64,000 nt of DNA, from NCBI GenBank assembly GCA_049697115.1, contig JBAVVD010000095.1:15797-79796 (forward strand), given 5' to 3'. The stretch is from Candidatus Aminicenantales bacterium (GTDB lineage: Bacteria > Acidobacteriota > Aminicenantia > Aminicenantales > UBA4085). Below are positions 55,303 to 64,000 of the stretch, piece by piece. The position numbers and the translations under genes were made by a program. Each line of letters starts with the position of its first letter. Within the stretch, counting starts at the first letter, position 1. The notes below the pieces were generated by a model. That model saw only the letters and a program-made list of their open reading frames with translations. It had not been told where the DNA came from and did no database searches.

Positions 55303-56565
55303 TCATTTGAATTGCGGCTGACCTGAGAGACTCGCCTCCAGCTCTTTTCTGAATTTCTGAACAAGGGAAAGGATGGGCATTGCCGCTGCGTCTCCCATCG
55401 GACAGAGAGTCTGGCCTTTGATATTCGCGGCGAGGCGATGGAGGGTTTCAATATCCCTGCTTTCTCCCTTGCCCTCGCTCATCCGGCTAACGATCTTTTT
55501 AATCCAGGAAGTCCCCACACGGCATGGCGTGCACTGCCCGCAGGACTCATGGGAATAGAATTTGGCCACTTTCTTCAGGACTTCCAGGATGGGAGTCTCT
55601 TCGTCGATGACGATGATCGCCGCCGAGCCCAGCATGGAACCGGCGCTGACCAGTGATTCACAGTCCATCCGGACATCCAACTCCTCGGCGGTGAGGACCG
55701 GCGCAGACATTCCGCCCGGGATGACGGCTTTGATCTTCCGGCCGGCCTTGAGCCCGCCGGCATGTTTGAAGATAATGTCCCGCAGGCTTGTGCCCACAGG
55801 AAGTTCATAAATTCCGGGTTTGATGACTGCTCCGCTGACTCCGAAAATCCTCATCCCTCCGTCTTTGGGCATGCCCCTCTCACAGAACCACTGCGCGCCT
55901 TTGAGGATGATGGCGGGAATATTGGCAAGGGTCTCCACATTGTTGATGACCGTTGGACACTGGAAAAGCCCCACGGCAGCCGGAAAGGGAGGCTTCAAGC
56001 GCGGATGGCCCCTTTTTCCTTCCAGGGATTCCAGCAGAGCGGTCTCTTCGCCGCAGATATAGGCGCCGGCTCCCCGATGGACAATGACATCCAGGTCGAA
56101 GCCGCTTTTAAGAATATCCTTGCCGAGATACCCGTTGTCATAAGCCTCAGAAATGACCTGTTCAAGCCTTAGGGCGACGGCTTCGTACTCTCCACGGATA
56201 TAGATAAAAGCCGTATGAATGCCGACACAGTAGCTGGCGATGATAATCCCCTCAAGGAGAAGATGGGGATTATGGCTCATAATATACCGGTCCTTGAATG
56301 TCCCGGGTTCCCCTTCATCGGCGTTGACACAGAGATAGCGGGGCTTTTTCACCTTCTGGGGAACAAAACTCCATTTGACTCCTGCGGGAAAGCCCGCTCC
56401 TCCTCTCCCCCTCAGGTTAGCCTTCTTGACTTCCTCCAGTATCTCCGTGGACGTCATTTCTTTCAGAGCCTTTTTAACCGCCTGATAGCCGCCCTGCTTG
56501 GCATAGATCCCGATTTTGTACAGGTTTTCCATGCCGAAATTTTTGGTTATCACTTTCTCTTCCAC
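55303..56565 (-). CDS. nuoF: NADH-quinone oxidoreductase subunit F
   Basis: ANLRGRGGAGFPAGVKW and a C-terminal 4Fe-4S motif. Confidence 0.9.
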   Translation of the reverse strand: MEEKVITKNFGMENLYKIGIYAKQGGYQAVKKALKEMTSTEILEEVKKANLRGRGGAGFPAGVKWSFVPQKVKKPRYLCVNADEGEPGTFKDRYIMSHNPHLLLEGIIIASYCVGIHTAFIYIRGEYEAVALRLEQVISEAYDNGYLGKDILKSGFDLDVIVHRGAGAYICGEETALLESLEGKRGHPRLKPPFPAAVGLFQCPTVINNVETLANIPAIILKGAQWFCERGMPKDGGMRIFGVSGAVIKPGIYELPVGTSLRDIIFKHAGGLKAGRKIKAVIPGGMSAPVLTAEELDVRMDCESLVSAGSMLGSAAIIVIDEETPILEVLKKVAKFYSHESCGQCTPCRVGTSWIKKIVSRMSEGKGESRDIETLHRLAANIKGQTLCPMGDAAAMPILSLVQKFRKELEASLSGQPQFK

Positions 56566-56569
56566 TTTA

Positions 56570-57043
56570 TTATTCCAGGCTCTTCAGCAGTTGATCTATC
56601 TTTTTTTTATCGAGGTTGCCGTAATAGTCCAAATTAACCATCATGCAGGGAGCCTGCTCACATGCGCCCAGACACTCCACTTCGGAGAGCGTGAATTTCC
56701 GGTCCGCTGTTGTCTCGCCGATCTCAATCCCCAGTTTTTCCTTCAAGTAATCGATGAGCCTCTCGGCTCCAAGAAGCGAACAGCTCAAGTTGGAGCAGAC
56801 CTGAATGTGGTATTTCCCGAGAGGCTTCTGATGAAGCATGGTGTAGAATGTCACCACTTCCCTGATTTGAATCGGCGGAATGCCCATCAGGCGAGCTACC
56901 CATTGTTCTTCTTCCGCGGATATCGATCCCTTTTCCCGCTGGACCAGATGGAGGACAGGGAGAAGCGCCGCTTCCTTTTCCGGATAGCGCGCGACAAGCT
57001 CTTCGACCTTTTTTTTCAATTCCGGAGAATATTCAGGGCTCAT
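56570..57043 (-). CDS. nuoE: NADH-quinone oxidoreductase subunit E
   Basis: CSNLSCSLLGAERL…CLGACEQAP 2Fe-2S signature. Confidence 0.85.
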   Translation of the reverse strand: MSPEYSPELKKKVEELVARYPEKEAALLPVLHLVQREKGSISAEEEQWVARLMGIPPIQIREVVTFYTMLHQKPLGKYHIQVCSNLSCSLLGAERLIDYLKEKLGIEIGETTADRKFTLSEVECLGACEQAPCMMVNLDYYGNLDKKKIDQLLKSLE

Positions 57044-58365
57044 CGGTCCAGTTCTCCTCCGATCATGTTCATCGAGCCAAATGTGGGGATGACATCCGCC
57101 ACATAGCGGCCTTTAATCAGCTCTTCCAGAGCCGCCACCACATGGAAACAGGGGGCTCTCAAATGGAGACGGTAGGGCTTGTCGCTCCCGTCGGAGACGA
57201 TGTAGAAGCCCAGCTCTCCGTTTCCGCCTTCCACGGAAAAATAGACCTCGCCTTTAGGAGGCCGGATACCGTGTCCCTTCATGAAGAATTTGAAATGCTG
57301 GATGAGCCCCTCGATAGATGTGTACGTGTCTTCTTTGGGCGGAATGATGGACCGGCGGTCATCCGCCAAAATCGCTTGGTAAACCTCTTTTTCTGATCCT
57401 TCCAGGCCGGGCGAAAGCCTGATGTTTTCTTCGGCTTTTTTGACCCGAGAGGTCTTGATGGCCGCGGACGGCTCAATCTCCGCGGCCGAGACGCGATGTG
57501 GAGACGCAGGGATTTTTTCCATACACTGTTCGATAATGCGCAGGCTCTGTTCCATCTCCTTCATCCGGACCATGTAGCGGTCGAAATTGTCGCCTCTCTC
57601 TCCAAGAGGGACTTCCCAGTTCAATCGGTCATAGACAAGGTAAGGGTGGGTTTTGCGGATATCATAATAAACTCCGGTGGACCTCAAACAGGGACCTGTC
57701 CAGCCGAAGGAAATGGCATTTTCAGGAGTCATCACGGCAATGTCCCTGGTCCGGTTCAGAAAAATCTTGTTTTTATCGAGCAGGCCATGGACATCTTTGA
57801 GAACTCTCTTCGTCTCCTGGATCGCTTTCGCGATGGCCTGCGGAGAATCGGGATGCAGGTCCGCTCTCACACCGCCGATACGGATGTATGATGTGGTCAT
57901 CCGTGCTCCGGTGGTGGCCTCGATGACATCCCAGATGAACTCACGGGCCTTCATTTTATAGAGAAACACCGTAAAGGCCCCGCATTCCATGGCCATGGCG
58001 GCCAAACAGGTCAGGTGGTCAGATATCCGTGACAGCTCGCTCATGATGACGCGGATATACTGGGCACGCTCCGGGGTTTCAATTCCCAGCATCTTCTCCA
58101 GGGTCATTACATAAGCAAGGTTGTTGATGAGAGGGGAAACGTAATTCAGCCGGTCCGTGTACGGAAGGAGGTTGAAGTAAGTCCGGTGTTCACAGATTTT
58201 CTCAAAACCGCGGTGTAAATAACCGACTTCGACTTCGGAATTAAGGATTTTCTCCCCGTCCAGCTCCAGCATGATGCGGATGGTCCCGTGCATAGCCGGA
58301 TGGGAAGGTCCCATGTTGATCAGAAGGCTTTCCGTCCTGGCTTCTCTCTGAATTCTTGTCGGCAT
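57040..58365 (-). CDS. nuoD: NADH-quinone oxidoreductase subunit D
   Basis: …INMGPSHPAMHGTIRI… and the full 49-kDa subunit architecture. Confidence 0.9.
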   Translation of the reverse strand: MPTRIQREARTESLLINMGPSHPAMHGTIRIMLELDGEKILNSEVEVGYLHRGFEKICEHRTYFNLLPYTDRLNYVSPLINNLAYVMTLEKMLGIETPERAQYIRVIMSELSRISDHLTCLAAMAMECGAFTVFLYKMKAREFIWDVIEATTGARMTTSYIRIGGVRADLHPDSPQAIAKAIQETKRVLKDVHGLLDKNKIFLNRTRDIAVMTPENAISFGWTGPCLRSTGVYYDIRKTHPYLVYDRLNWEVPLGERGDNFDRYMVRMKEMEQSLRIIEQCMEKIPASPHRVSAAEIEPSAAIKTSRVKKAEENIRLSPGLEGSEKEVYQAILADDRRSIIPPKEDTYTSIEGLIQHFKFFMKGHGIRPPKGEVYFSVEGGNGELGFYIVSDGSDKPYRLHLRAPCFHVVAALEELIKGRYVADVIPTFGSMNMIGGELDR

Positions 58366-58366
58366 T

Positions 58367-58852
58367 CTATTTCCTCAACGGAATCCGCGGCTGCCGCTTG
58401 CGCAGAGGATAGTCCTTGCGCAGCGGATGGCCCTCAAATCCATCATACATGAACAGCCGGCGCAGGTCCGGACGGCCATGAAAATGGACACCAAACATAT
58501 CGTAAACCTCTCTCTCCAGCCAGTCGGCATTTTTCCAGATGGAGGTTAAAGACGGCACACTAGGGTGCTTCTCGGAAAGGGGAATTTTTACCCTCAGCCG
58601 GCGGTTCATGGACAGAGAATAAAGGTGATAGACCATCTCAAAACGGTTCTCACGGTCCGGGTAGTCCACGCAGGTGAGGTCAAGGAGCATCGTGAATCCG
58701 TAGGGTTCTTTCCTCAGAAAATGGACAATATCCGGAAGAGCATCACCCGTGATGACCACCGTGTCATCGCCGAATGGTGAAGACGCCTCCCGTATTTCTT
58801 CCGGAAACTTGAGCGTCAGTTCGTCTAGTATTTTCTTCGTTTCCATCGCCAT
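58367..58852 (-). CDS. nuoC: NADH-quinone oxidoreductase subunit C
   Basis: 30-kDa subunit family pattern. Position between nuoB and nuoD. Confidence 0.85.
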   Translation of the reverse strand: MAMETKKILDELTLKFPEEIREASSPFGDDTVVITGDALPDIVHFLRKEPYGFTMLLDLTCVDYPDRENRFEMVYHLYSLSMNRRLRVKIPLSEKHPSVPSLTSIWKNADWLEREVYDMFGVHFHGRPDLRRLFMYDGFEGHPLRKDYPLRKRQPRIPLRK

Positions 58853-59304
58853 TCATGCTCTTGTTTCTGAATTTTTTCCTGAAGCTTCAAGATTCCATCC
58901 AGAATGGTCTCTGGCCGCGGCGGGCAGCCGGGAATGTAGACATCCACCGGGATAATCTGGTCAATGCTTTGAACGACTGCATAGTTGTCGTAAATGCCTC
59001 CACTTACGGCACATGTCCCAACGGCAACGACCCACTTGGGCTCGGTCATCTGCTCATAGACGGTCCTGAGTACGGGAGCCAGTTTCTGTGTGATCGTGCC
59101 GACCACAAGGAGCATGTCGGATTGGCGGGGGGAAAAACGCGTCCAGCCGGCTCCAAAGCGGTCCAAATCGAAATGAGCGCAGGCCACCGACATGTATTCC
59201 ATTCCACAACAGGCTGTGATGTAGGGATATTGAAAGAGAGAAAATTTCCGGGCCCAGCCGAGCATTTCATTGAATTTCGTTGTGATAAAATGGCCGTTCA
59301 TCAT
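58825..59304 (-). CDS. nuoB: NADH-quinone oxidoreductase subunit B
   Basis: …[10 protein letters not shown]…GTCAVSGG…IPGCPPRP cluster-N2 ligand motifs. Confidence 0.85.
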   Translation of the reverse strand: MMNGHFITTKFNEMLGWARKFSLFQYPYITACCGMEYMSVACAHFDLDRFGAGWTRFSPRQSDMLLVVGTITQKLAPVLRTVYEQMTEPKWVVAVGTCAVSGGIYDNYAVVQSIDQIIPVDVYIPGCPPRPETILDGILKLQEKIQKQEHEWRWKRRKY

Positions 59305-59307
59305 CCT

Positions 59308-59691
59308 CTAGTCCCACTCAAAAGCACCCTTTTTCCAGGCATAGACAAACCCGATGACGAGCACGAACATGTAGACGAGCATCACCAGGAAAGCACTCTC
59401 CTTCATGCTCCTGAAAACAAGGGCCCATGGGAAGAAGAACACAACCTCGATGTCGAAGAGGAGAAAGAGAAAAGCCACCAGATAAAACTTGATCGGGAAG
59501 GGCTGGATGCTTTTCTGAAGATAAGGGCTTCCGCACTCAAAGGGCTGTTCTTTGGTCGGGTTTGACCTTTTCGGCCCGAGAAGCCAATTCATGGAGATTA
59601 ATACACCGCCGAGCAGGCCGAAAATCAAGAAGACCAGAAAAAGTTCGATCATTGGACGGCTGATTAAGGTGAATGATTTTATAAAAGTCAA
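59308..59691 (-). CDS. nuoA: NADH-quinone oxidoreductase subunit A
   Basis: Three TM helices with PFECGSP and FDIEVVFFFPWA motifs. The true start may be the internal ATG near 59652. Confidence 0.8.
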   Translation of the reverse strand: MTFIKSFTLISRPMIELFLVFLIFGLLGGVLISMNWLLGPKRSNPTKEQPFECGSPYLQKSIQPFPIKFYLVAFLFLLFDIEVVFFFPWALVFRSMKESAFLVMLVYMFVLVIGFVYAWKKGAFEWD

Positions 59692-59796
59692 AAGAAATTT
59701 GCAAACATTTTGACAATTTTTTTTTGTTTTTTCATAATAAATTCTTCTGGCCTCTATTCCTCAACTGGAATTATACTTCCTTAAAGGATAAAGAAT

Positions 59797-61440
59797 ATGA
59801 GCGAAACTTTTTTCCATAGGTCAAAATCCAGGCTGCCGATCCCCCTCTTTACCATTCTCTGTGCCTTCCTGTTAATCATTTCCTCCAATGGCTGCCGGAA
59901 AAAGCCCTCTCCCCGGAACTTCATTCTCATCACTCTGGATACACAGAGGGCCGACTTCGTGAGTTATGACTCCCCGGAGAATGCCCGAACGCCCCATCTC
60001 GACTTACTCGCCCAACAAGGGACCGTCTTTAAAAATTGCTACAGCCTCATTCCGATCACGCTCCCCTCCCATGCCTCAATATTCTACTCCGTTCCTCCTC
60101 ATATCATCAAAAATTACACCAACGGCCAAGTCATCCGGAACAAAAGAAGCCTTCCGTCTTTTGTCAATGTGTTCAAGAAAAACGGATTTACCACAGCCGC
60201 CTTCGTCTCCCTCGGAGTGCTCAAGTCCCAGTTCGGTCTGGAAAAAGGATTTGACCTCTATGTCGACAAATTCCCCGAAGGCCGCTGGTATCTTTATGCA
60301 GAGGAGGTCAACAGGAAGGTTTTTCCCTGGCTGGAAAAAAACCACAACAACCGATTCTTTCTATGGATTCATTATTCCGATCCCCATGATCCCTACGCTC
60401 CACCGGACACACCCGACGACTGTCAGCTCTTTTTCAACGGCAAGCGCGTCGCCGATTTTTGTTTGAACAAATACCTCATCAATGAAGTCGAGCTGATCCT
60501 GGAAAAAGGCCGGAATAAAATCATGCTGGAAGTGAATAATCCTTTCGACGAAAATCCCGATCATTACCAGGCCCGACTCGATAAGCTGGAGTTCAATCCG
60601 TCTCCTGGAGAAGACAACCTTCAGATTGAATTTGGCCGCGGATGGTTTATCCGCAGGGAAGAGCGAGACATCTACTTTTTCAAGAAGCAGGGATTCATTG
60701 AAATCCTTAATCCTGGAGCTCCTCGGCCGGTCAAAATTTCGTTCCGCGGTAAGCTCGTCATTCCCATTGAGGCCGCCAGAGACGCCTATAAGAGAGAGGT
60801 CGAATATATGGACAGTGAAATCGGCCGGCTCTGGAAGAAATTGGAAGAGTTCCGCCTTTTTGAAAACACGGCCATCCTCGTTGTGGGCGATCACGGCGAA
60901 GGTCTCGGAGACTTCTGGACGGACGTCGGGGATCCGCATATCGGACATATCCATTACCTTTACGGCGTTTACATGAAAGTCCCTTTCATTCTCTACAATC
61001 CTTTCTCGTCTCAAAGAGGTTCTATCCGGGAGGAACCCGTTACGCTTCTCGATGTGGCTCCCACGACCATGAACCTCATGGATTTTAAAAAATTATCCAG
61101 CTTTCAGGGGAGGGACCTCCTGAGGTTGAGAAAGGGAAAGCGCCTTGAGATTTTTGAGGAAACCTACAAACCGGAAGCATTCATGGATAAATTCGGTCTC
61201 CTCTCGTCTCCCTGGCATATCATCCTGACGCCCGAAGAAAAGAAATTCGAAATCTTCAACCTGCACACGGACCCGAAAGAAAGGACGGATGTTTTTCAGG
61301 ACACACAGAAATCCCCTGAGGTGGAATCCCTCAAGCGCCGTCTGGAGGAATTCGTCCGGCAAGTTCTGAAAGAAAAGGAAGAAGTGAAGATCGACAGGAA
61401 AACGGAAGAAATGCTCAGAGCCTTGGGCTATGTGAAGTAA
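59797..61440 (+). CDS. Sulfatase-like hydrolase/transferase (alkaline-phosphatase superfamily), probable lipoprotein
   Basis: Signal/lipobox-like …LLIISSNGC. ILITLDTQRADF metal-binding N-terminus. The sulfatase signature position reads TLPSH rather than C/S-x-P-x-R. Confidence 0.6.
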   Translation: MSETFFHRSKSRLPIPLFTILCAFLLIISSNGCRKKPSPRNFILITLDTQRADFVSYDSPENARTPHLDLLAQQGTVFKNCYSLIPITLPSHASIFYSVPPHIIKNYTNGQVIRNKRSLPSFVNVFKKNGFTTAAFVSLGVLKSQFGLEKGFDLYVDKFPEGRWYLYAEEVNRKVFPWLEKNHNNRFFLWIHYSDPHDPYAPPDTPDDCQLFFNGKRVADFCLNKYLINEVELILEKGRNKIMLEVNNPFDENPDHYQARLDKLEFNPSPGEDNLQIEFGRGWFIRREERDIYFFKKQGFIEILNPGAPRPVKISFRGKLVIPIEAARDAYKREVEYMDSEIGRLWKKLEEFRLFENTAILVVGDHGEGLGDFWTDVGDPHIGHIHYLYGVYMKVPFILYNPFSSQRGSIREEPVTLLDVAPTTMNLMDFKKLSSFQGRDLLRLRKGKRLEIFEETYKPEAFMDKFGLLSSPWHIILTPEEKKFEIFNLHTDPKERTDVFQDTQKSPEVESLKRRLEEFVRQVLKEKEEVKIDRKTEEMLRALGYVK

Positions 61441-61474
61441 TTCTCTCTGTTAAAGAAGGTCTCCTTTCTTTTCT

Positions 61475-61888
61475 TTAGTAATCCCACTTTTTCTCTTTGA
61501 CAATATGCCAAATTTTCCCCGGGATTTTAAGAAAGAGCCTGTTGAGAAAGCGAAACACAACGGGCTTTTTCGGCGGAGAAATGGAGCCGGATGAATGGCG
61601 TTTTTTTCTCGTCAAATATCTCTGAACAATCGGACAGCCCAGGCTTTCCAGGCAATATGCCGGAAGTTTTCCCCGCTTGAGCTGGCGCCGAATTCTCCGG
61701 AGATCTGGAGAATTCCAGGCTTCTTTCCAGTCTGTCATTGGAGCAATAATCGGATTCCCATAGCTGCAGGGTAGAATTCCTCGCCGAAGGATAAAATAGC
61801 TCTCCCAGGGCTCCCGGCAAAGAGGAAGCTGGGAAAATCCCAGTTCTTCTTCCCAGAGGGCGCTGGGCGCTTCCTTTTTTTCTTTCAT
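61475..61888 (-). CDS. Small Cys-containing hypothetical protein, translationally coupled to the radical-SAM gene
   Basis: ATGA start/stop overlap with the upstream gene. About 137 aa with scattered Cys (…LPCSY…, …LPAYCLESLGCPIV). An alternative overlapping frame (61527-61940) cannot be excluded. Confidence 0.2.
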   Translation of the reverse strand: MKEKKEAPSALWEEELGFSQLPLCREPWESYFILRRGILPCSYGNPIIAPMTDWKEAWNSPDLRRIRRQLKRGKLPAYCLESLGCPIVQRYLTRKKRHSSGSISPPKKPVVFRFLNRLFLKIPGKIWHIVKEKKWDY

Positions 61889-63471
61889 CCTGGTTTTTGC
61901 ACCTTTCCGAAATCAAACTGGCTGGAGACCTTGACCGCATACTTCAGCGACAATTCTTCACTTTTCTGAATAATGGCGTTGATCTCCGGACGGCTCAGAA
62001 GTTCCTTCTCATAGTCAAAAATGTACCCCCCTCTCTCGACTTTAATCTGAGGCTTCCAGATAAAAAGTAAAGGTCGAAGGACCAGGGTATCCGCCTCGAT
62101 TTTCCGGCAGAGACGAAAATACTCCTCCAGATCTCCTCTGTTGACCTTCATCGGCATAAAAACCATATAGAGCTTTGGAAGGTTACCCTGTTTTTTTCTC
62201 TCGGCATTGAGACGGATCAGGCTGGGGATAATTCCATCCCATGAATCGTTCCGAATCTTGGCATATGTCTCCTTTGTCGCCGCATCCAGAGAGACGTACA
62301 AATAGACTTGTTTGCCAGCTAGCGCTTGGATCGTCCGGGACGTAAAAGCCTGGCCGTTTGTGGAAATTTCCAGATATTTTCTATTTCTCTGGCAGAGCGC
62401 CAGGATTTCCGGAAACCGCGGATGAAGAAGAGGCTCGCCGAAGGAACAATTGATAATCGTCCGGGCAGAGTGAAAAAAAGGGCCGTAGCCTTCGAGGGTC
62501 CTTTCATCCACGACCTGATTCACATACGGGCCCTCCAGTTTCTTCATCCGCTCCCAGAGACAATAGACACACGGAGGATAAATATTGCATTTGGGATATA
62601 AATCCACTCCCAGATTAAGTGGATAAGATTTCAGAACGGTCCTTCCTTCTTTCATTTCTCGGAAATTCAAGAGGGCATTCCGGTGAAAAAAATGGGCATT
62701 CCGGTGGAGTTCGCTGTCACTGTGGAATTCCAGCGCTCCCATCCGGATGCCCAGATTCCGCGGATCATCTGGATGAAACCTTTCGGGGAAAAGCCTGTCG
62801 AGGGAAAAATGAAGTATGGGAATCGGTCCATGGCCCGATGCCTCAGAGAAAGAAAAACTGTAGTAATTCCATTTATTGAGAAGAGGAATTTCACCGAGAT
62901 TGGACTCCCCCAGAGACAGACGCAGCACTTGGCGCCCGCTCATAAACTCGGAATAGGCAAAAAAAGAAAAATACGCGCTGTCCCTCAGCCGAATCGAGGG
63001 GAAAATAATTTCCGCCTCCTGGGCCATCCAGTGGTAAGGAATCAGATCTCCCGGCTCCCAGTCGTACCAGCCCTCTCCATACAGGGGTTCGGTGTCTCCG
63101 GAAAGAGAATGGATTTTGATGTTCCGGACCATCATTCCCAGTTCTCTGGAGTCTGTGGGGATCTGGAAAGTCCGATTGAGACGGAGTTCGAAAATCCGCT
63201 CTCCTTCTGCGATGAAAGGGAAAATATAAGTGAAAAAAAAGGGGTGGATTTTTTTCTCTCCGATTTTCCGCCCGTTTACAAGGACTTCAAGAACAGGAAA
63301 GTGTTCGTCCTTGAGTGTGTGGGCGGCCGTGATCTGAAGAACTGTTGGGCCTGCCGCCATCCGATTTTTCAAAGCCAGGACGGCCTTTTTCCCCATCCAG
63401 CGGAAGGCCTGACATCTATCGCTCTCTTCAGGGTACCATCCTTTGCGGTAGGCAAAACCGAACTCTTCCAT
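61885..63471 (-). CDS. Radical SAM-domain protein with N-terminal domain of unknown function
   Basis: C-terminal half has CNIYPPCVYC (Cx5Cx2C variant of the radical SAM cysteine triad), GEPLLHP, ISTNG, YVSLDA. The N-terminal about 250 aa is unassigned. Confidence 0.55.
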   Translation of the reverse strand: MEEFGFAYRKGWYPEESDRCQAFRWMGKKAVLALKNRMAAGPTVLQITAAHTLKDEHFPVLEVLVNGRKIGEKKIHPFFFTYIFPFIAEGERIFELRLNRTFQIPTDSRELGMMVRNIKIHSLSGDTEPLYGEGWYDWEPGDLIPYHWMAQEAEIIFPSIRLRDSAYFSFFAYSEFMSGRQVLRLSLGESNLGEIPLLNKWNYYSFSFSEASGHGPIPILHFSLDRLFPERFHPDDPRNLGIRMGALEFHSDSELHRNAHFFHRNALLNFREMKEGRTVLKSYPLNLGVDLYPKCNIYPPCVYCLWERMKKLEGPYVNQVVDERTLEGYGPFFHSARTIINCSFGEPLLHPRFPEILALCQRNRKYLEISTNGQAFTSRTIQALAGKQVYLYVSLDAATKETYAKIRNDSWDGIIPSLIRLNAERKKQGNLPKLYMVFMPMKVNRGDLEEYFRLCRKIEADTLVLRPLLFIWKPQIKVERGGYIFDYEKELLSRPEINAIIQKSEELSLKYAVKVSSQFDFGKVQKPG

Positions 63472-63589
63472 TTTTTTATTTTAATCTCAGCTTTTCAGAT
63501 ATGTCAATGCAATCTTCGCCCAGGACATCCTTGACATCTTTTTGAATCGCGATCTATAATTCCCGAGATAAAAAAGCTCCTCGGTAGAT

Positions 63590-64000
63590 GATGACTACAC
63601 TTTTCCGATACATCTCCGACATCTTTTTTCTCTTCCGCCATTCTTATCTCAGCCGTCAGAGGATCCTGGAATATCAAGACCAGAAGCTGCGTCAGGTCAT
63701 TGACCACGCCTACAGGAAGGTGCCCTATTACAGAAACCTTTTTCAGAGAGCGGGGATTTTGCCACTGGATATTCGGACGGCTGCCGACCTCAAAAAAATT
63801 CCTTTAACGACAAAAAAAGAATTCAAAAACACGCCTCCGGATCAGTTGCTGTCCAGGCGAGCGAAAGAAGCAAGGCTGGGCGTTTTCAAGACTTCGGGAT
63901 CGACGGGCTTTCCGCTCGTGATCCGTCGTTCACGCCTTGAAGAAATCATATTTCATCTCTTCAGGCTGCGCGTATTAAACTCCTACGGCCTGAAAAGCCT
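63590..64000 (+). CDS. Phenylacetate-CoA-ligase/CapK-like adenylate-forming enzyme (5' part only, runs off the window)
   Basis: N-terminal …QDQKLRQVIDHAYRKVPYYRNLFQRAGILPLDIRTAADLKKIPLTTKKEF… matches the PaaK/F390-synthetase family N-terminus. Confidence 0.5.

Overview
This 64-kb window reads as a chromosomal segment from a diderm (Gram-negative-type) bacterium. It uses the standard genetic code: TGA is a stop, e.g. at 4252-4254. Most of it is GC-rich, roughly 55-60% by my hand counts of sample lines, with a lower-GC block of roughly 40-47% around 4.6-10 kb. Calls rest on reading the six-frame ORF track for family motifs and on inspecting the DNA directly. No searches were run. Coordinates I derived by hand (tRNA, repeats, promoter hexamers, alternative starts) may be off by a few nt. 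Main content: (1) A Wza/Wzc-dependent exopolysaccharide/capsule locus at 1-18 kb. It carries an outer-membrane beta-barrel, a short OPX/Wza, a Wzc tyrosine kinase, a Wzx flippase, GT2 and GT32-like glycosyltransferases, DegT aminotransferases, a deacetylase, an O-methyltransferase and an acetyltransferase. It is punctuated by three copies of a non-coding repeat that each keep an outward TTGACA-N18-TATCAT promoter-like module. (2) A mixed region at 18-28 kb with a VanZ/LamG protein and an M64 peptidase that needs a -1 shift in an AAAAAG run to join its signal peptide. It also holds a class-V aminotransferase (cysteine-desulfurase-like) interrupted by an in-frame TGA, a two-cysteine DsrC/TusE protein, a Tat-dependent aldo-keto reductase with an Fe-S tail, and a secreted MBL hydrolase. 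(3) An unusual nine-gene redox operon at 28.1-38.0 kb. It combines a NuoG/formate-dehydrogenase-like subunit lacking the catalytic Sec/Cys, NfnA- and NfnB-like subunits, NuoE- and NuoF-like subunits, and a short sensory-type [FeFe]-hydrogenase-like protein. That protein has a single-Cys L1 motif and a C-terminal Cx2Cx4Cx16C. Two DRTGG-like proteins and a histidine-kinase-like ATPase sit in the same operon. I rate this the most interesting system in the window. (4) A tRNA-Asn(GTT) next to an array of five TGTGACA direct repeats and a mini-HTH ORF. (5) Housekeeping genes: GTP-PEPCK, a DnaC-like loader, a sigma-70 factor, hspR-dnaJ-dnaK, two L,D-transpeptidases, malic enzyme and nuoABCDEFGHI. The nuo operon has a short nuoG and runs into an MBL hydrolase instead of nuoJ-N. 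A sulfatase-like lipoprotein, a radical-SAM protein and the start of a PaaK-like ligase close the window. No CRISPR arrays, rRNA genes or intact mobile elements were seen.
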